Assembly (NCBI GenBank): GCA_044229975.1 | Contig: JBGARZ010000012.1 | Span: 96,001 to 160,000, forward strand | Direction: 5' to 3' | Length of the DNA: 64,000 bases | Source: Polyangiales bacterium | GTDB lineage: Bacteria > Myxococcota_A > Polyangia > Polyangiales > Ga0077539 | Shown: positions 60,263-64,000 of the stretch, piece after piece | How positions within the stretch are numbered: the stretch's first letter is position 1 | Layout of the letters: the number at the start of each line of letters is the position of its first letter | Notes under the pieces: generated by a model | What the model was told of the DNA's origin: nothing | Database searches by the model: none | The model's input: only the letters and a program-made list of their open reading frames with translations | Program-made: the position numbers and the translations under genes

Positions 60263-60787
60263 ATGCCCATCCTCATCGGACTCGGTTCTCTCCTCGGCCT
60301 CTTCGTCGTCTACGTCGCGACGCGTCCCGGCGCGTTTCGCATCGAGCGCTCGACCACCATCGACGCCTCACCCGCGAAGGTGTTCGCCCTCATCAACGAC
60401 TTCCACGAGTGGGCGAAGTGGTCACCGTGGGAGAAGATCGACCCGTCGATGGCGAAGACCTACGAGGGTTCGGAGGCGGGCAAGGGCGCCGTCTACCGCT
60501 GGTCGGGCGACAACAAGGCAGGCCAAGGGGTCATGACCATCCTGGAGAGCGCCGCTGACTCGCGCATCGAGATCGAGCTGGCCTTCCTCAAGCCGTTCCA
60601 GGCGACCAACAAGGCCATCTTCACGCTCGAACCCGAGGGCTCCGGCACCAAGGTGTCCTGGGCCATGGAGGGCAACCGGGCCTTCGCCATCAAGGCCTTC
60701 AACGTCTTCATGGACATGGACAAGCTCGTCGGAAACGACTTCGAGAAGGGCCTCGCGAGCATGAGGGAAGCCGCCACGACGGCTTGA
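60263..60787 (+). CDS. SRPBCC/polyketide cyclase family protein
   Basis: FRIERSTTIDA, NDFHEW..WSPW, G.GA.Y.W.G, GTKVSW, DFEKGL. Confidence 0.9.
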   Translation: MPILIGLGSLLGLFVVYVATRPGAFRIERSTTIDASPAKVFALINDFHEWAKWSPWEKIDPSMAKTYEGSEAGKGAVYRWSGDNKAGQGVMTILESAADSRIEIELAFLKPFQATNKAIFTLEPEGSGTKVSWAMEGNRAFAIKAFNVFMDMDKLVGNDFEKGLASMREAATTA

Positions 60788-60790
60788 ACC

Positions 60791-62185
60791 CTACGGCGCT
60801 GGCACCGGCGCACGGCCCAGCGTCTCGTCCATCGAAGCCAGCTCACCGACCGCCGCCGCCCACACTTCGACAACCTGGTTGATCGCGCGCTCGTCGAGCA
60901 CCGCGAGCGTGTCGTTGGCCGTGTGGTGGTGATCGAAATACCGCCGCATGTCCTGCGAGAGGTCGACGCGCGGAACCCCCGCCGGAACGAGCGGCGACAG
61001 ATCGGCCCCACCGTGCGCGGGCTCGTCGCGCTCGCGAACGCCCAGCGGTGCCAGCGCCGACGCCACGCGGTGAAACGCCGCCCGGTGCGTCGGGTCGCCC
61101 GCGTAGCTGATGGCGTAGACGCGACCGTCACCCGCGTCGGCCTCGATGGAGGCGACGTGCCGCGGGAGCTCCTCGCGGTGAGCCTCGGCGTAGGCCCGCG
61201 CGCCGAAGATGCCCACCTCCTCGCTCGCGAAGAGCACCACGCGAAGCGTCCGTCGCGGCGGCCGAGCCGTCATCACCCGCTGCGCAGCGGCGAGCACGAT
61301 GGCGACCCCGGCGCCGTCGTCGAGGGCGCCCGTTCCGAGGTCCCACGAGTCGAGGTGCGCGCCCAGCAAGACCACCTCCTGCGGCAACTCAGAGCCCGTG
61401 ACCTCACCGACCACGTTGGCGCTCTCAGCGTCGGGCAAAGTCCTGCACCCGAGCGTGAGCCGGAAGCGCACCGGCGCCTCGGCGGTGGCCGCGCCCATCA
61501 GCCGGTGGAGCGTGTCGCCGTCGGCCGTGGAGAGCGCCGCCGCGGGGATGCGGGCGACCGCGTCGTCGTAGCGCATCGCGCCGGTGTGGGGGGCGCGCGA
61601 GGCGTCGGTTCCGATGGAGCGAACGAGCACGGCGACGGCGCCCTTGCGCGCGGCGGCGACGGCGCTGCGGGTGCGCGCGCTGACGGCCTCACCGTAGCCC
61701 GACCCGTCGCGGGTGCGGCGCATCACGCGGTGCACGTAGACGATGCGACCGCGCACGGCGGACTCCGCGAGGGCGTCGATGGCTTCGAGCGAGTCGACCT
61801 CGACGACGGGTGCCTCGATGCCATCGGGCGGTGTCGCGACGGAGCCGCCGAGGGCCGCGAGCGCGACGGTGTGAGAGAAGGGCGCGGTGATCTCGCCGAG
61901 CCCGACGCCGCGCTCCCAGTGGGTGACGCGAGCGAGCTCTGCGTGGACGTTGGCGAAGCCGAGCGAGCGCATGGTGCGAAGGGCCCACGCGACGGCGCGG
62001 GCGTCGCCGGGGGAGCCAGCGAGGCGGGGGCCGACCTCGTCGGAGATCGAGCGCACGAGCTCCGGGGCGATGGACGGCGGCGACACATGCCGAGCGCGCG
62101 ACGCACGCAGCGACGCGAGCGGAGCAGCGGGGCGAGCGGCGCAGGCCGAGAGCGCGAGGGCGAGGAGCGGAGCGGTGAGTCGCAT
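60791..62185 (-). CDS. M28 family metallopeptidase lipoprotein (carboxypeptidase Q-like)
   Basis: GPRLAGS, PHTG, LGAHLDSWD.GTGALDDGAG, ASEEVG, YFDHHHTANDT; start at MRLTAPLL. Confidence 0.92.
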   Translation of the reverse strand: MRLTAPLLALALSACAARPAAPLASLRASRARHVSPPSIAPELVRSISDEVGPRLAGSPGDARAVAWALRTMRSLGFANVHAELARVTHWERGVGLGEITAPFSHTVALAALGGSVATPPDGIEAPVVEVDSLEAIDALAESAVRGRIVYVHRVMRRTRDGSGYGEAVSARTRSAVAAARKGAVAVLVRSIGTDASRAPHTGAMRYDDAVARIPAAALSTADGDTLHRLMGAATAEAPVRFRLTLGCRTLPDAESANVVGEVTGSELPQEVVLLGAHLDSWDLGTGALDDGAGVAIVLAAAQRVMTARPPRRTLRVVLFASEEVGIFGARAYAEAHREELPRHVASIEADAGDGRVYAISYAGDPTHRAAFHRVASALAPLGVRERDEPAHGGADLSPLVPAGVPRVDLSQDMRRYFDHHHTANDTLAVLDERAINQVVEVWAAAVGELASMDETLGRAPVPAP

Positions 62186-62205
62186 GGTGGAGGTGACGGA
62201 CCGTC

Positions 62206-62982
<777 letters not shown>

Positions 62983-63034
62983 CGCCGCGCAGCGTATCCC
63001 CATCGGGGCGTCGACCGCAGTAGTGTGCGCGCCC

Positions 63035-64000
63035 ATGTCCAACCGAGCGCTCCTGTCTCCCATGAGGTTTCGCAACGGGGTCGAGGCCCGCAACCGCGTC
63101 GTCCTGGCCCCGCTCACCAACACCCAGAGCCACGCCGACGGGTCGTTGTCGGACGACGAGTTTCGCTGGCTGGTGCGCCGCGCGCAGGGCGGCTTCGGCG
63201 TCGTGACGACCTGCGCGACGTACGTCTCCCGCGACGGCCGGGCCTGGGACGGCGAGCTCGGCATCGACGACGACGCGAAGCTCCCCGGTCTTACCCGACT
63301 GGGTAACGCCCTCCGCGAGGCCGGCGCGGTGGGCCTCGTGCAGCTCTTCCACGGCGGCGTGCGCGCGGGCTCCAAGACCACCGGAGTGCAGCCCGTGAGC
63401 GCGTCGACCTGGACGGAGGAGACGCCCGGCTTCGAGGCTCCGCGCGCGGCCACCGCCGAGGACATCGAGCGCTTCATCGGCGACTTCACCCGCGGTGCGG
63501 TGCGCGCCGAGGCGGCGGGCTTCCACGGCGTCGAGCTGCACGGGGCGCACGGGTACCTGCTGGGGCAGTTCTTGAGCCGCACCATGAACACCCGCGACGA
63601 CGACTGGGGCGGTGACCTCGCCGGGCGCGCGCGGCTGCTGCGAGAGTGTCTGCGATCGGTTCGCGCGGCGGTGCGACCCGACTTCGTGGTGGGGGTTCGC
63701 ATCTCCCCAGAGGACTACGGTCAGGCGAAGGGCCTCGACATCGATGACAACCTCACCGTCGCGCGCTGGCTCTGCGACGACGGCGCGGACTTCCTCCACC
63801 TCTCGCTCTGGGACATCGCCCGCAGCCCGCGGAAGTACCCCGATCGCCACGCCATCCCGATGTTTCGCGAGGTGGTGCCCGCGGAGGTTCCCATCGTGGT
63901 GGCGGGTCACATCTGGACGCCCGCCGAAGCTCAAGGGGCGCTCGATCGCGGCGCCGACGCGGTGGCCCTCGGTCGCTCTGGCATCCTCAACCCCGACTGG
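63035..64000 (+). CDS. NADH:flavin oxidoreductase (old yellow enzyme family), runs off the window end
   Basis: Read by hand: NRVVLAPLT, RRAQGGFG, VQLFHGG, AGFHGVELHGAHGYLLGQFL, NTRDDDWGG; no stop before 64000. Confidence 0.92.
   Translation, partial: MSNRALLSPMRFRNGVEARNRVVLAPLTNTQSHADGSLSDDEFRWLVRRAQGGFGVVTTCATYVSRDGRAWDGELGIDDDAKLPGLTRLGNALREAGAVGLVQLFHGGVRAGSKTTGVQPVSASTWTEETPGFEAPRAATAEDIERFIGDFTRGAVRAEAAGFHGVELHGAHGYLLGQFLSRTMNTRDDDWGGDLAGRARLLRECLRSVRAAVRPDFVVGVRISPEDYGQAKGLDIDDNLTVARWLCDDGADFLHLSLWDIARSPRKYPDRHAIPMFREVVPAEVPIVVAGHIWTPAEAQGALDRGADAVALGRSGILNPDW

Overview
A very GC-rich bacterial window; the gene content (Hanks-type kinase, many lipoproteins, split atpDC, DUF1501-type operon) suggests a myxobacterium or relative, which is an inference. 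Housekeeping genes include bioA, rpmG (missed by the ORF track), rpmE, prfA, sppA, atpD, atpC and two tandem dnaJ. They are interspersed with two accessory patches: about 5.2-9.6 kb (gene remnants, RCC1-repeat protein) and about 36.3-41.2 kb (MITE-interrupted phage baseplate-J remnant, heme-binding protein, and a DUF4258/MqsA-like toxin-antitoxin pair between two copies of a kinase gene's 3' end). The most striking element is at 29.65-31.8 kb. A sigma54-type promoter precedes two non-coding RNAs and a Ro60/TROVE (Rsr) gene. RNA 1 is a tRNA in normal 5'-3' order with a 57-nt Y-RNA-like stem inserted in its anticodon stem; exact removal of the insert restores a complete cloverleaf with a CCU anticodon. 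RNA 2 is a free hairpin carrying the same two motif strands in the opposite order. Other notable genes are a eukaryote-type bifunctional PFK-2/FBPase-2, a solo LeoA-like dynamin and a SNF2 helicase/YqhG-like pair. All family assignments are from motif recognition by eye; no searches were run.
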